Notes: generated by a model from the letters alone, not told the origin. Positions 1 through 9,894 are shown, numbered from the stretch's first letter. The stretch: DNA of 33,027 bases from Candidatus Berkelbacteria bacterium (GCA_026397155.1 JAPLVJ010000041.1:1-33027); one strand, 5' to 3'. Numbers and translations: made by a program.

Positions 1-1300
1 ATGAACGATATTCAAAAGTTGAAGAAATTATGTCTGAAATTTCCGATTGTGTTTGGCTGATAATCTGCGATCTTTTGGCAACTTGGACTTGCTCCCGCTT
101 TACCCATACTGGGTCGAGCTTGAAAGACTGATCCATGGCCGTGGCAATCTCTTCAACTTTTCCAATTTCATTTTCCGGCGCAAAGTAGTGTGTCAACCCG
201 GCAGTCCACAAACTTACCCCCGCCATGCTAATGCCTTGTTCGATAACAATGACTTTATGGATTTTGCCGTCGCCAGATAAGGTTGCCTCGGCAGCAGTTG
301 TCTGAGTCACATAAGAAAGTTTGGGGATTTTCGCCACGAGATCGTCGCGTGATTTGATTGAATCAACCTTAAGATTTAAACTTTTCGCCAGGATTGTCTC
401 AATATAATTTTGGGCATTTTTTTCTGACATCACAATCATATCCTGGGAAATTCCACCTGACGGATTATAGTGAGAGCCCTCTTTAAAACCAGAAAATTCC
501 AATATCTGGTTGGGAACAGTATAAATTGGCGGGTACGGATTTTCAATTTGGATACCCTTATCGCCATTAGTAACAATAATTTTTAAAGCAGCATCAATAT
601 AAGGTCTGACCACACCGCCATCAATGTTCCAACCACTAGGCACATTAACAGTAAATGCTCCTTCTTTCGGATCTTTCCACGAAACCATTTGAACTAAATT
701 ATTGATCTTATCTGGATTTTTTAATTTTGCATCATAATTAAATGAAGCCAAAATCTTCATTAAATTAGGTATACTGTCTTTTAATTGATCCACTCGAGCG
801 GCAAATCCGGAAACGAAATAACTTTTTCCACTACCGTTAATATTTAGAACTCCCGTCATATCACTGCCGGTGTATTTTATCCGACAAATAATGGAGCTGT
901 ATTTATCAATGTTCTTTTTATCCAAGATTTGAAAATTGTTAAAAGATTTTGCAAAATATTTTTTTGTATCTTCCAGCACCTGCTCTTTTGTTTTTTCCTG
1001 CGGATAAATCATGGTCAAAGCGAAAACCATTTGTTCGTCGGTTTTTTCAGGATTGGGCCCGATTTTGATTAACCCCCAATCATTAACATTTACTTTCCAG
1101 TTTTTGGGCATTTGGACAGCAAAACCACGTTCGTCTTTGTAATCTACCCAATTTTTTGTCGCATTCTGTCCCCGGAATAATTTTGACAAGTTTAACTTTT
1201 TAACCAAAAAATAAGAACCTAAAATAATTCCCAAAAGAATAATTATCAACGAAACCACTATTAAAACAATTTTGGGCCGTTTTTGATCATGATTATCCAT
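1..1300 (-). CDS. hypothetical membrane-anchored protein; partial, C-terminus runs off the left edge of the window
   Basis: This ORF is absent from the supplied track because it has no stop inside the window. The reverse complement read from ATG at 1300-1298 stays open to position 2 (433 codons): MDNHDQKRPKIVLIVVSLIIILLGIILGSYFLVKKLNLSK... A purine-rich GAGGGG (revcomp of 1304-1309) lies just upstream. There is one N-terminal TM helix followed by a soluble domain. No family recognised. Confidence 0.6.
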   Translation of the reverse strand, partial: MDNHDQKRPKIVLIVVSLIIILLGIILGSYFLVKKLNLSKLFRGQNATKNWVDYKDERGFAVQMPKNWKVNVNDWGLIKIGPNPEKTDEQMVFALTMIYPQEKTKEQVLEDTKKYFAKSFNNFQILDKKNIDKYSSIICRIKYTGSDMTGVLNINGSGKSYFVSGFAARVDQLKDSIPNLMKILASFNYDAKLKNPDKINNLVQMVSWKDPKEGAFTVNVPSGWNIDGGVVRPYIDAALKIIVTNGDKGIQIENPYPPIYTVPNQILEFSGFKEGSHYNPSGGISQDMIVMSEKNAQNYIETILAKSLNLKVDSIKSRDDLVAKIPKLSYVTQTTAAEATLSGDGKIHKVIVIEQGISMAGVSLWTAGLTHYFAPENEIGKVEEIATAMDQSFKLDPVWVKREQVQVAKRSQIISQTQSEISDIISSTFEYRS

Positions 1301-1363
1301 TTTCCCCTCACTTTTTTATTTCTTATTGTTTTGTTTATCTTTAAAGTAATTCCACAATTTCAA

Positions 1364-1430
1364 CTGGCCCTTCGACTCGCTACGCTCACTCAGGGTAAAC
1401 GGGACAGTCGGGTCTAGAACCTGTTTTTTT
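1364..1430. other. GC-rich patch followed by a T7 run, inside the AT-rich 161-nt spacer between two minus-strand genes
   Basis: The sequence is ctggcccttcgactcgctacgctcactcagggtaaacgggacagtcgggtctagaacc followed by ttttttt (1424-1430). CGACT (1373-1377) pairs with AGTCG (1406-1410). The composition contrasts clearly with the flanks. Function unknown. Confidence 0.3.
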
Positions 1431-1461
1431 CTCGTTTTCTATCGCATGAAAAGTATTTAAT

Positions 1462-2822
1462 TTAAGGTGTGCCTGACCCACTGAGAGTAATTGATTTTAT
1501 ACCGCCGGCATATTCCAAACTTATGGCAGTGCTAGTGGAGTTTGAGGTCGATTGAGGTTTCACGCTCTGGCCATCCACAGAAGCCGTAAAATTTTTACCG
1601 GCAAGCGTTGTCGGTATGGTTATCACGGCATTGCCCGTCGTCTCAGTGGAACCAGCAACTGTGAAGGTAATTGCGTGTGTACTCGAATTAAAAGTCGGAG
1701 CCGAAACAGAGGAGGTGGAGCTTATTGAAACGGGATAACACTGGCCATTTGACGTAACTTTATAATTGTAGGCAACTCTCGGTTTCTTTAAGAAAAGCAC
1801 TCTGGCATTGTCGCCTAGGATGTTCTTGGCAGCATTGCTGTCTAAATCAGAAAGGAGATGTACCCAGCGTCCGACGGAATCAGGCGGGGCATTGTCACTT
1901 ATCTTGCTTGTATAGTTCTGCCATCTTTCTAGACTATTTTTGCCTCCTCCTGCATCTGAAGCGAACATGATGTGGGAATTCCATGTTTCTGCATGCCCTG
2001 AATCCCAGCCGTGTCGAAATATAGATTGGGATATCGCAAGAGGTAGTCATTGAGCGTGGCGCTGTTGATCGTCAGGTTGTTGAACCCCAGATGAGCCCAG
2101 ATGATAATCGCGTCTTTATTGTGATTCAACATTGTTTCAAAGGCAACGTTTGCAGCAGGATCATCGGGTACAAAGTGAAACGAGATCGGGACATGGTACT
2201 TGGCGGATAGATCAACTAACTGAAGCCAGAGCGGATTATCCGGAGAGACATTGATGTCAGGCGTACCCGGAGGGAAATTATTGCCGCCATAGTATCTTAA
2301 GTTAGCTTCGCCAATACCGTAATATTTCCCTGTTTTTAGTTTTTCTTCGGTAGAAGTGACGAATGCTTGGCCTTGCTTGAGCCAGGTAGAGGGTTGTGGC
2401 TGGTCAGGAGTATCAGCAAATATTATAAATCTGCCGGGGTATTGCGATGAGTTTTCAAGCGTTCCTGAATACAAATTTGCCACGCTCACCTTCGCTTTAT
2501 CCATCTCTGAAATTATCTGAGATAAGCTAACTTTGGGCGATATGTGGACATGGGAATCGAAGATATCCATATGTGCCGTGTCAACAGGTGGACTGGTACA
2601 GATATTGTTGGATGTGGATGGGGTATCAGTCGGAGTAGAGGATATTTTACCCGAAGACGATTCTTTAGCTGAGTGCTGATAATACCAAAAAATTCCTCCT
2701 GCTATAACAACTACCGCCCCGATAATAATTACTAAGATGAGTTTTGAAAATCCTTTTTTATGCTGAGCTTGTCGAATGTATTGGTTCATAATTGTATTAT
2801 ACACCCAAGCTATATCTATCAC
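1462..2822 (-). pseudogene. amidohydrolase-family (TIM-barrel metal-dependent hydrolase) gene with N-terminal TM anchor and C-terminal Ig-like tail, split by a frameshift into ORFs 1929..2822 and 1462..1968
   Basis: The upstream ORF has FDSHVHISP (an HxH metal motif) and ...NLYFDTAG. The downstream ORF continues the same family pattern in another frame (..NSHIMFASDAGG.., ..KNILGDNARVLFL). The two ORFs overlap by 40 nt, and the second frame is open upstream through the overlap. The true start is more likely ATG at 2789 (MNQYIRQ...) than GTG at 2822. This could be a real pseudogene or an indel error near gcagaaacatgg. Confidence 0.55.
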
Positions 2823-2913
2823 GAGTGGAAAATCCTGAAGCAGGACATTTAGGGAAAAATTGGGGATTTAGAACAAAGTAGAACCTTGATTGTTTTACAA
2901 TGGCATCTGACGA

Positions 2914-2928
2914 GCCCTCGCAGAGGGC
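2914..2928 (-). other. short GC hairpin about 25 nt downstream of tRNA-Ser (possible transcript-end or processing structure)
   Basis: GCCCTC (2914-2919), loop GCA, GAGGGC (2923-2928). No T-run follows on the minus strand, so it is not a canonical intrinsic terminator. Confidence 0.3.
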
Positions 2929-2952
2929 GAGCCAACAAAGACATTTCCTAAC

Positions 2953-3042
2953 TGGCGGAGAGGGCGGGATTTGAACCCGCGATGCCCTTGCGGACATACT
3001 TGCTTTCCAAGCAAGCGCACTAGGCCACTATGCGACCTCTCC
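2953..3042 (-). tRNA. tRNA-Ser (anticodon GGA), type II with long variable arm and encoded CCA
   Basis: The reverse complement reads GGAGAGGTCGCATAGTGGCCTAGTGCGCTTGCTTGGAAAGCAAGTATGTCCGCAAGGGCATCGCGGGTTCAAATCCCGCCCTCTCCGCCA. The acceptor stem is 7 bp (GGAGAGG/CCTCTCC). The anticodon stem CTTGC/GCAAG carries the loop TTGGAAA. The long extra arm is GTCCGCAAGGGC, and the T-arm has GGTTCAAATCC. Confidence 0.92.
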
Positions 3043-3054
3043 AAATTACATAAT

Positions 3055-3083
3055 ATTTTACCAAGTTTTTCTTTGTTTGTCGA
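3055..3083 (-). promoter_or_regulatory. putative sigma70-type promoter for tRNA-Ser
   Basis: The minus strand reads TCGACA, then 17 nt, then TAAAAT. The -10 element ends 12 nt before the first tRNA base. Confidence 0.35.
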
Positions 3084-3151
3084 TAAGCTGACGCGAGGTA
3101 TAATACTTTAGTGGTTTATAGGTTAAGGTCAGGAAGCCAGTATAGTTATTG

Positions 3152-3181
3152 GGTTAAGTTATTGGTGATTTTAACTTAACC
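3152..3181 (-). other. perfect 10-bp hairpin downstream of ppsA, within a GGTTAAG-rich structured spacer
   Basis: GGTTAAGTTA (3152-3161), a 10-nt loop, then TAACTTAACC (3172-3181). It lies about 50 nt after the ppsA stop on the minus strand. There is no clear U-tract. Confidence 0.35.
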
Positions 3182-3229
3182 TTTTAGCTGTCAACCATAC
3201 CGGCGGCTTAACCCTAACCTGATAAAATC

Positions 3230-5542
3230 TTACTCCCCAATATCCTCAAACCCCTCGATCTTTTTGATTTTTTCGAGTAAAATTCTTTTTTCTATTGAGG
3301 CGATTAATTTTTTGGTATCAAATATAACATCAGGATTTATTGAAACAGAAGTAATTCCTGATTCAATTAGCATTTGTAAAAATTCAGGATAAACAGAAGC
3401 AGCTTGTCCGCACAAAGAACAAGTTACATGATACTTCCTGCAAGCAGTAATAATGTGCTTAATTGCCAAAGTAATCGCTTCATTTCTTTCATCAAATCCA
3501 CTGGCAATCTTTTCATTATCCCGATCAATCCCTAAAGTCAGTTGCGTCAAATCATTTGAACCAATAGAAATACCATCAATGCCGGCCTGACAAAATTGAT
3601 CAATCAAAAAAACATTCGAGGGCACTTCTGCCATCATCCAAAGCTTAAAATCATGTGTGCGATATATTCCTTCATCTTCCAAAATCTGTTTTACTTTTTC
3701 CAATTCCTCAACAGTTCTCACAAAAGGAATCATCAACCAGACATTATGCAAGCCAAACTGCTCTCTTACCCTTTTAATCGCCCAGAGCTCGAGTTTAAAA
3801 ACTTCTGGTTCTAAAATATATCTCATTGCGCCTCTGAAACCCAGCATTGGATTTTGTTCCTTACCTTCAAACTCTTCGCCGCCTTTTAATCCCTTATATT
3901 CATTTGTTTTAAAATCTGTTGCCCGATAAACAACTGGCCTTGGATTAAAGCTTTCGGCAATTGTTTTAATTCCTTCAGAGAGCTTTAGGGCAAATTCCTT
4001 ACCTTTTCCTTTTTTAAGCATATATTTTGGATGTTCGCCAATTTCGGCAATCATAAATTCAGCCCTCAAAAGTCCTACGCCGTCGCATGGCTCTTTGGCT
4101 ACAGTTTCAGCAATCTGGGGTTCAGCCAAATTTACATAAACTTTTGTCCCTGTAATAGGCACAATTTCTTGTCTGTTTTTGTTTTCTTTTTGTTCCTCAA
4201 CTTCTTTGGCTTTACTTACTTTAATATCAATAGATCCTTTATAAACCGCTCCCTTCGCACCATCAACTGTTACAACCAAACCATTTTTTAATACATGGGT
4301 TGCTTTTCCAGTGCCAACAACACAAGGAACGCCTAACTCTCTTGAAACGATCGCCGCGTGAGAAGTAGATCCACCAGTATCAGTAACAATGGCAACTGCT
4401 TTTTTCATTAAAGGCACAAAACTAGGATTTGTCATTTCAGCAACCAAAACTTCACCGTCTTTGAATTCATCAGTAGGTCTATCTACTAATCGCACAGGTC
4501 CAGAAACCACTCCCATACTTGCACCCAATCCTTGCAGCAAAGCTTCACCTTTTGGCGCTTCCTTTTCTGATGTTTGATGCTTGACACTTGACACTTGTTT
4601 TATTGTTGTAATTGGCCTTGTTTGAACAAAATAAACTTTCTTTTTCTCAATTGCCCATTCAATATCTTGTGGAAATTTATAGTGTTTTTCGATTTTTAAA
4701 CCATAGCGAGCCAGGTTAATAATTTCATGATCAGCTATTTTTTGTAAGCCTTGCAGTTTTTTTGATACAGAAACATGCTTATCAACATTGCCTACTTTTT
4801 TAATCTGCCATGTCTGTTTATGAATTTCTTTGCCAACAATTCTTAAACTTTTTTTATCAACCAAATACCTATCTGGCGTGATCGAACCAGAAACAATTGC
4901 TTCCCCAAGACCATACCCGGCTTCAATAACAACTTTAGTTTTATCTGACGTCAAAGGATCCAAAGTAAACATAATGCCGCTAGAATCTGACTGAACCATT
5001 TCCTGAATTGGCACCGCAATCTTTACTTTGAGGTGGTCAAATTTATTTGTAATGCGATAAAAAATAGCACGGGGCTCAAAAAGAGAAGCGTATGATTTTA
5101 AAACCGCCCGAGTAACATTATCCTCTCCCTTAATATTCAAAAAAGTGGCTTGCTGGCCTGCAAATGAGGCAGTTGGTAAATCTTCTGCGGTCGCAGATGA
5201 ACGAACAGCAACCAAAACATCTTTGCCTAATTTTTTGTATGCAGCCCTAATCTCTTTTTTTAAATCTTCTGAAAGACGCACCGCTAGTATAGCGTCTTTA
5301 ATTTCTTTTCCAGCTCGAGTAACTTTTATAGTATTGCCCGGATCTAAATCTTTTAGAGTTTCTTTGATTTTGGATCTTAGGTTAGCATAATCTAAAAAAT
5401 GATCATAAGCTTTTGAGCTGACTACAAAACCAAGAGGCACAGGTAGCCCCATTTTAGTCATTTCCCCTAAGTTGGCACCTTTCCCGCCAGCTAAAGGAAT
5501 GCTGTTTTTTGAAATTTCTCTAAACCATTTGATATATTGCAT
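3230..5542 (-). CDS. ppsA: phosphoenolpyruvate synthase (pyruvate, water dikinase)
   Basis: 770 aa. The N-terminal ATP-grasp PPDK_N pattern is present (GGKGANLGEM). The phosphohistidine swivel domain shows GGSTSHAAIVSRELGVPCVVG. The C-terminal PEP-utilising TIM barrel shows GISIGSNDLTQL. ATG is preceded by GAGGGG. Confidence 0.9.
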   Translation of the reverse strand: MQYIKWFREISKNSIPLAGGKGANLGEMTKMGLPVPLGFVVSSKAYDHFLDYANLRSKIKETLKDLDPGNTIKVTRAGKEIKDAILAVRLSEDLKKEIRAAYKKLGKDVLVAVRSSATAEDLPTASFAGQQATFLNIKGEDNVTRAVLKSYASLFEPRAIFYRITNKFDHLKVKIAVPIQEMVQSDSSGIMFTLDPLTSDKTKVVIEAGYGLGEAIVSGSITPDRYLVDKKSLRIVGKEIHKQTWQIKKVGNVDKHVSVSKKLQGLQKIADHEIINLARYGLKIEKHYKFPQDIEWAIEKKKVYFVQTRPITTIKQVSSVKHQTSEKEAPKGEALLQGLGASMGVVSGPVRLVDRPTDEFKDGEVLVAEMTNPSFVPLMKKAVAIVTDTGGSTSHAAIVSRELGVPCVVGTGKATHVLKNGLVVTVDGAKGAVYKGSIDIKVSKAKEVEEQKENKNRQEIVPITGTKVYVNLAEPQIAETVAKEPCDGVGLLRAEFMIAEIGEHPKYMLKKGKGKEFALKLSEGIKTIAESFNPRPVVYRATDFKTNEYKGLKGGEEFEGKEQNPMLGFRGAMRYILEPEVFKLELWAIKRVREQFGLHNVWLMIPFVRTVEELEKVKQILEDEGIYRTHDFKLWMMAEVPSNVFLIDQFCQAGIDGISIGSNDLTQLTLGIDRDNEKIASGFDERNEAITLAIKHIITACRKYHVTCSLCGQAASVYPEFLQMLIESGITSVSINPDVIFDTKKLIASIEKRILLEKIKKIEGFEDIGE

Positions 5543-5548
5543 TGCCCC

Positions 5549-6160
5549 TCAATTTTTAATTACTACTTTAATTGTATCCCAGCTAAATCCTCTTCTTTGT
5601 AAAAAACCAATTAATTTTTGGCGCCGTTCCCGTGGTAATAAATTCTTTAAACTTTGTTTCTTTTTTTGCGTCAATTTTCTTGCTAATTCTAATTCCTTAT
5701 TTTCATTATATTCTTTTTTTAATGTTTTTTTAATCAACTCTTCGGGAATGCCCTTGCAACGCAACTCATAAAAAATCAGTCTTTTGCCTTTGGGTCTCAA
5801 GGTCATTCGGCTACGCACCCAGGCTCGAGCAAATTCAGCCTCATTAAGCAATTTTTCTTTTTTTAATCTGCTGACAGTTTTTCTAACTAGTTTTTCTGGA
5901 AATTTTCTTTTTAGCCTACCTGCCATTTCCTTTTCAGATCGCTGGCGATATGAAAGTAGACGCAAGGCATTATTATAAGCCCTGATTTCCTCTTCGGTTT
6001 TCTCTAATTTTTTAATTTTCCTTAAATCAATTTCTTCGTTTTCCTTAAGACCTAAGGCGATAATTACTTCTTCAAAAACGCCAACTGCAAATTTGTCATC
6101 AACAAAGATGTTAAAACGATGCCTTTTCTTTTGGGGCTCAATTTTGGTAATCTTAGACAT
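5549..6160 (-). CDS. recX: recombination regulator RecX
   Basis: 203 aa, basic and helical-repeat rich ([15 protein letters not shown]...). It lies immediately downstream of recA, and its ATG overlaps the recA stop (ATGTCTAA). Confidence 0.8.
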   Translation of the reverse strand: MSKITKIEPQKKRHRFNIFVDDKFAVGVFEEVIIALGLKENEEIDLRKIKKLEKTEEEIRAYNNALRLLSYRQRSEKEMAGRLKRKFPEKLVRKTVSRLKKEKLLNEAEFARAWVRSRMTLRPKGKRLIFYELRCKGIPEELIKKTLKKEYNENKELELARKLTQKKKQSLKNLLPRERRQKLIGFLQRRGFSWDTIKVVIKN

Positions 6161-7169
6161 TTACCTTTGGGTTTTCTCTAATTTTCTTTTCAATTTCTTT
6201 GGCTAAATCTGTATTTTCTTTTAAATATTCTTTCGCTGTTTCCCGACCCTGCCCAATTTTCCTTTGGCCATACAAAAACCAACTGCCTGATTTTTGAATT
6301 ATTCCTCTTTCAACTCCAAGATCAAGGATATCGCCCTCACGGGAAATTCCTTCGGTAAAAATTAAGTCAAATTCAGCTATTTTAAATGGCGCTGAAACTT
6401 TATTTTTGGCCACCTTGACCCGAACGCGATTACCAATCACTTCATCGCCTTTTTTAATCTGCTCAATGCGGCGAGCATCCAAACGAACCGATGAATAAAA
6501 TTTTAAAGCTAAGCCACCTGGTGTTGTTTCAGGCGAACCAAAAAAAACGCCAATCTTCATGCGAAGTTGATTAATGAAAACAACAATCGTCTTTGATTTT
6601 GAAATAGAACCAGCCAATTTTCTCAAAGCAGAAGACATTAAGCGTGCCTGTAAACCAATTTGCGCCTCCCCCATCTCACCTTCAATTTCTGCTCTTGGCA
6701 CCAAAGCAGCAACAGAATCAATAATAATAACATCAACTGCGTTTGAACGCACCAAAGTTTCGGTAATTGAGAGCGCCTGCTCGCCAGTGTCTGGCTGGGA
6801 AACCAAAAGGTCATCAATTTTTACGCCAATAGCTTTTGCGTATTCTGAATCAAAAGCATGCTCAGCATCAATATAAGCGCAAATACCACCCAATATCTGG
6901 GCTTCTCTAATAATATGAAGCGATAAACTTGATTTTCCACTCATTTCTGGACCATATATTTCAACAACTCTACCGCGAGGAAGACCGCCAACACCCAAAG
7001 CTAGGTCAAGCGATAAAGAGCCAGTTGGAATTACATCTACGGGCACACTTTCAGCCTCAGAAATCTTCATAATGGCACCCTTGCCGTATTCTTTTTCAAT
7101 CTGGCCCAGCGCCACATCCAAAGCTTCTTTTCTACCACTTTGTGCTGATTTTTTATCATCTTTTGTCAT
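6153..7169 (-). CDS. recA: recombinase RecA
   Basis: 338 aa. Walker A is present ([10 protein letters not shown]). The RecA core motifs [20 protein letters not shown] and [11 protein letters not shown] are present. A GGAGG SD lies upstream. Confidence 0.95.
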   Translation of the reverse strand: MTKDDKKSAQSGRKEALDVALGQIEKEYGKGAIMKISEAESVPVDVIPTGSLSLDLALGVGGLPRGRVVEIYGPEMSGKSSLSLHIIREAQILGGICAYIDAEHAFDSEYAKAIGVKIDDLLVSQPDTGEQALSITETLVRSNAVDVIIIDSVAALVPRAEIEGEMGEAQIGLQARLMSSALRKLAGSISKSKTIVVFINQLRMKIGVFFGSPETTPGGLALKFYSSVRLDARRIEQIKKGDEVIGNRVRVKVAKNKVSAPFKIAEFDLIFTEGISREGDILDLGVERGIIQKSGSWFLYGQRKIGQGRETAKEYLKENTDLAKEIEKKIRENPKVNV

Positions 7170-7181
7170 ACTTCCTCCTTT

Positions 7182-7865
7182 TTATGGTCCTTGTGGTTGA
7201 TAGATTAATATCAACTCTTTGTCTGTTTTTTTTCCAATTCGATTAGTGGCCGAAATGGAAACATTATTTGAACCTTCTTCTAATTTGACCTCTTGTTTAA
7301 AGTTACCATCAGCATCAACAGATAGCAATTGCCCATTAATATAAAGGCTTGCTCCTTTTGAGATCTTACCCTCTATTGATACTGGACTTTGCGTTATAGT
7401 TGCTCCGTAATTAGGCGATTCAATTGCAAGATATGGAGCACTAGCAAAACCAGAAACCTGATAACCAATATAAACAAAAACGCCTAGAAAAATGAGAACT
7501 AAAAAAATAATTAAAAGTAGTGTCGGAGTTATATAGATTTTGGGGTACTTTACTTCTTTTTTCCTAAAGGAAAAGCGATTTTTTAAATTATTTTCTATGC
7601 CGCGTTCTCTTTTATATTGAGTGAGTATTGGATCTGCTGGGACTTCTAAAAAATGGCAATAACTTTTTAAAAAACCGGCGGCATAAGTCGAGGCAGAAAA
7701 AACATCCCAATTTTCATTTTCTAGAGCTTTTAGATATTTGATGCGAATTTTCGTAACTTCTTCAACTGCTTCAAAAGTTAAATTCTTTTGCGTTCTGGTT
7801 TTCTTTAGTTGACTGCCGATTGACTCCTTTTCAATCTCTTTTTTGACGATTTTAAATGCGGTCAT
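7182..7865 (-). CDS. RodZ-like helix-turn-helix membrane protein
   Basis: 227 aa. An N-terminal XRE-type HTH (IGSQLKKTRTQKNLTFEAVEEVTKIRIKYLKALE) is followed by a single TM helix (ITPTLLLIIFLVLIFLGVFVYIGY) and a C-terminal beta-rich extracytoplasmic domain. Confidence 0.7.
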   Translation of the reverse strand: MTAFKIVKKEIEKESIGSQLKKTRTQKNLTFEAVEEVTKIRIKYLKALENENWDVFSASTYAAGFLKSYCHFLEVPADPILTQYKRERGIENNLKNRFSFRKKEVKYPKIYITPTLLLIIFLVLIFLGVFVYIGYQVSGFASAPYLAIESPNYGATITQSPVSIEGKISKGASLYINGQLLSVDADGNFKQEVKLEEGSNNVSISATNRIGKKTDKELILIYQPQGP

Positions 7866-9894
7866 GTGGGTTTTCTTCTTGTTTTGAAATCAAAACATCA
7901 CGCGGCTTTGCACCGTCGGCAGGACCAATGACTCTATTTTGCTCTAATAAATCAAGTAATCTGGCCGCTCGAGTATAGCCGATCCTCAATCTACGCTGCA
8001 AAAGTGAAGCCGAAGCCTTCTTGGCTTGAGTAACAACTTCAATAGCTTGATCATACATTTCATCTTTGGGAATTTCACCAAAGCCTGACGCCTGTGGTTT
8101 AAACTCGGTAATTTTTTCTTCGTAAGCAAAGTCAGGTGCTTGTGCCTTGATAAATTCAGCTACTCCTTTTATTTCTTTTTCTTTAATAAGTGGGGCTTGA
8201 ATTCTTCTTGGTTTTGCAATATCAGATGATTGATAAAGCATGTCTCCACAACCAAGTAATTTGTCTGCCCCACCCATATCAAGAATAGTCCTTGAATCAA
8301 CCTGCGAAGCAACTGCAAAGGCAACTCGGGCAGTAATATTTGCTTTAATTAATCCAGTAATAACATCAACAGACGGCCTTTGAGTAGCTACAACAAGATG
8401 TATGCCAGTTGCTCGAGCCATCTGGGCAATCCTGACAATTTGCGCCTCAACTTCTGAGGCAGCCAAGGCCATCAAATCAGCGAGTTCATCTATAATAACA
8501 ACAACATAAGGCATTTTTTCTTGTTGAGATTGGTTATAAACATCAATATCTCGCTTACCAACATCTTGAAAGATCTTATACCTTCTTTCCATTTCAGAAA
8601 CAGTCCACTTTAGAGTAGAGATTATTTTATCATGATCAACAACAACTGGACTCAACAGATTGGGCAGACCTCCATAAGGTGTAAATTCAACTCGCTTAGG
8701 ATCAATAAGAATAAACTTTAATTCATTTGGTTTTTTAGTATATAAAAGACTTAAAATAAGCGAATTAAGAAAGATTGTTTTTCCGCTACCCGTACTACCA
8801 GCAACAAGCAAGTGAGGCATTTTTTCTAGATTAACCACAATCGGATGTCCAGCCACGTCTCTACCTAAAGCAATGGGCAATTTGCATTTACTTTCCTTCC
8901 ACTCATTGGAAAGTAAAACTTCTTTCAGAGTAACGGTTGCTCTTTTTTGATTAGGAACTTCAACGCCAACAAAAGCTTTTCCAGGAATCGGCGCCTCCAT
9001 TCTAATTGGGTGAGCAGCCAAGGCTAAAGATAAATCATTTGCCCTGGCTGTAATTTGAGAAAGTTTTACCCCTTCAGCTGGTTTTAAGGTGTATTGGGTT
9101 ACTGTCGGACCAATGCTAACATCCGACATTGTTACTGAGATGCCAAAATGAGAGAGGGTTTTAGCTATAATACTAAGATTTTTATTAATATCGCCTGAAG
9201 TTGGCGCACCAGAAGGATCTTCTAAAAGACTGATAGGTGGAAGTTGGTATTCGCCGGGCATTAATTTTGATGCGTCCCTTGCTTCTTCTTCACCTTTTCT
9301 CATGTTTAAAACAGGTACATTATTTTTCACTTCTACACCCTGATTCCCTCTGGTTCTTCTAAATAACTGACCAAAAAACGAAATAATTGAAGAAAATTTT
9401 AAAGAAAAAATAACCATAATCGAAATTATTGAAGCGCAGAAAATAATTAAAAATGAAGCCCAAAATCCAAGTAAAGAATAAAATATTGTTGAAACAGAGA
9501 ATCCAACAATCCCACCGCCTTTGCCTGCCTTTGCCACCTCCAATGCCTCTTCCTTACCAATAAATAAATGGAAAAGCGCTGGAAAAAAGAGGAAGAATAA
9601 AGTAACGCCAACCGCAGACCATGTTGACATTGGAAATTTTTCAGGCAAAAAAAGCATTATTCCTAAAACTAAAAGCGCAAGAGAAAATATAATTGCCAAA
9701 AACCCAAAAAGGAGTGTAATTAAGTGAGCTAGAAATTCCCCAAGATGTCCAGCCAACCCCAAAAGAGATAAAATAAAAATAATGCCCAAAACAATCAATA
9801 CAATGGCGATTATTTCACGAGCGGTATCTGGGTCAATTTCCCACTGAACCTTTTTTTTACGTTGATATCTTCTCTTACGCCTTAAAAGAGGCAT
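7852..9894 (-). CDS. ftsK: DNA translocase FtsK/SpoIIIE
   Basis: 680 aa. The N-terminal region is polytopic membrane. The motor domain has Walker A (VAGSTGSGKT) and Walker B (VVIIDELADL). The C-terminal gamma winged helix reads SLLQRRLRIGYTRAARLLDLLEQNRVIGP. Confidence 0.93.
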   Translation of the reverse strand: MPLLRRKRRYQRKKKVQWEIDPDTAREIIAIVLIVLGIIFILSLLGLAGHLGEFLAHLITLLFGFLAIIFSLALLVLGIMLFLPEKFPMSTWSAVGVTLFFLFFPALFHLFIGKEEALEVAKAGKGGGIVGFSVSTIFYSLLGFWASFLIIFCASIISIMVIFSLKFSSIISFFGQLFRRTRGNQGVEVKNNVPVLNMRKGEEEARDASKLMPGEYQLPPISLLEDPSGAPTSGDINKNLSIIAKTLSHFGISVTMSDVSIGPTVTQYTLKPAEGVKLSQITARANDLSLALAAHPIRMEAPIPGKAFVGVEVPNQKRATVTLKEVLLSNEWKESKCKLPIALGRDVAGHPIVVNLEKMPHLLVAGSTGSGKTIFLNSLILSLLYTKKPNELKFILIDPKRVEFTPYGGLPNLLSPVVVDHDKIISTLKWTVSEMERRYKIFQDVGKRDIDVYNQSQQEKMPYVVVIIDELADLMALAASEVEAQIVRIAQMARATGIHLVVATQRPSVDVITGLIKANITARVAFAVASQVDSRTILDMGGADKLLGCGDMLYQSSDIAKPRRIQAPLIKEKEIKGVAEFIKAQAPDFAYEEKITEFKPQASGFGEIPKDEMYDQAIEVVTQAKKASASLLQRRLRIGYTRAARLLDLLEQNRVIGPADGAKPRDVLISKQEENPHDRI

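Noticed and set aside
47-280. 77-aa plus-strand ORF at the left end
   Set aside because: It lies entirely antisense to the much longer uninterrupted minus-strand frame (1..1300). It has no RBS and its sequence is not protein-like. I treat it as a shadow ORF.
2797-2997. 66-aa minus-strand ORF
   Set aside because: It overlaps the 3' half of the tRNA-Ser gene and the spacer hairpin. It is an artefact of GC-rich tRNA sequence.
3121-3140. SRP (4.5S) RNA-like word AGGTCAGGAAGCCAG
   Set aside because: It resembles part of the domain IV consensus. However, it lacks the GGAA-tetraloop helix and the matching 3' strand, and no extended SRP helix can be drawn.
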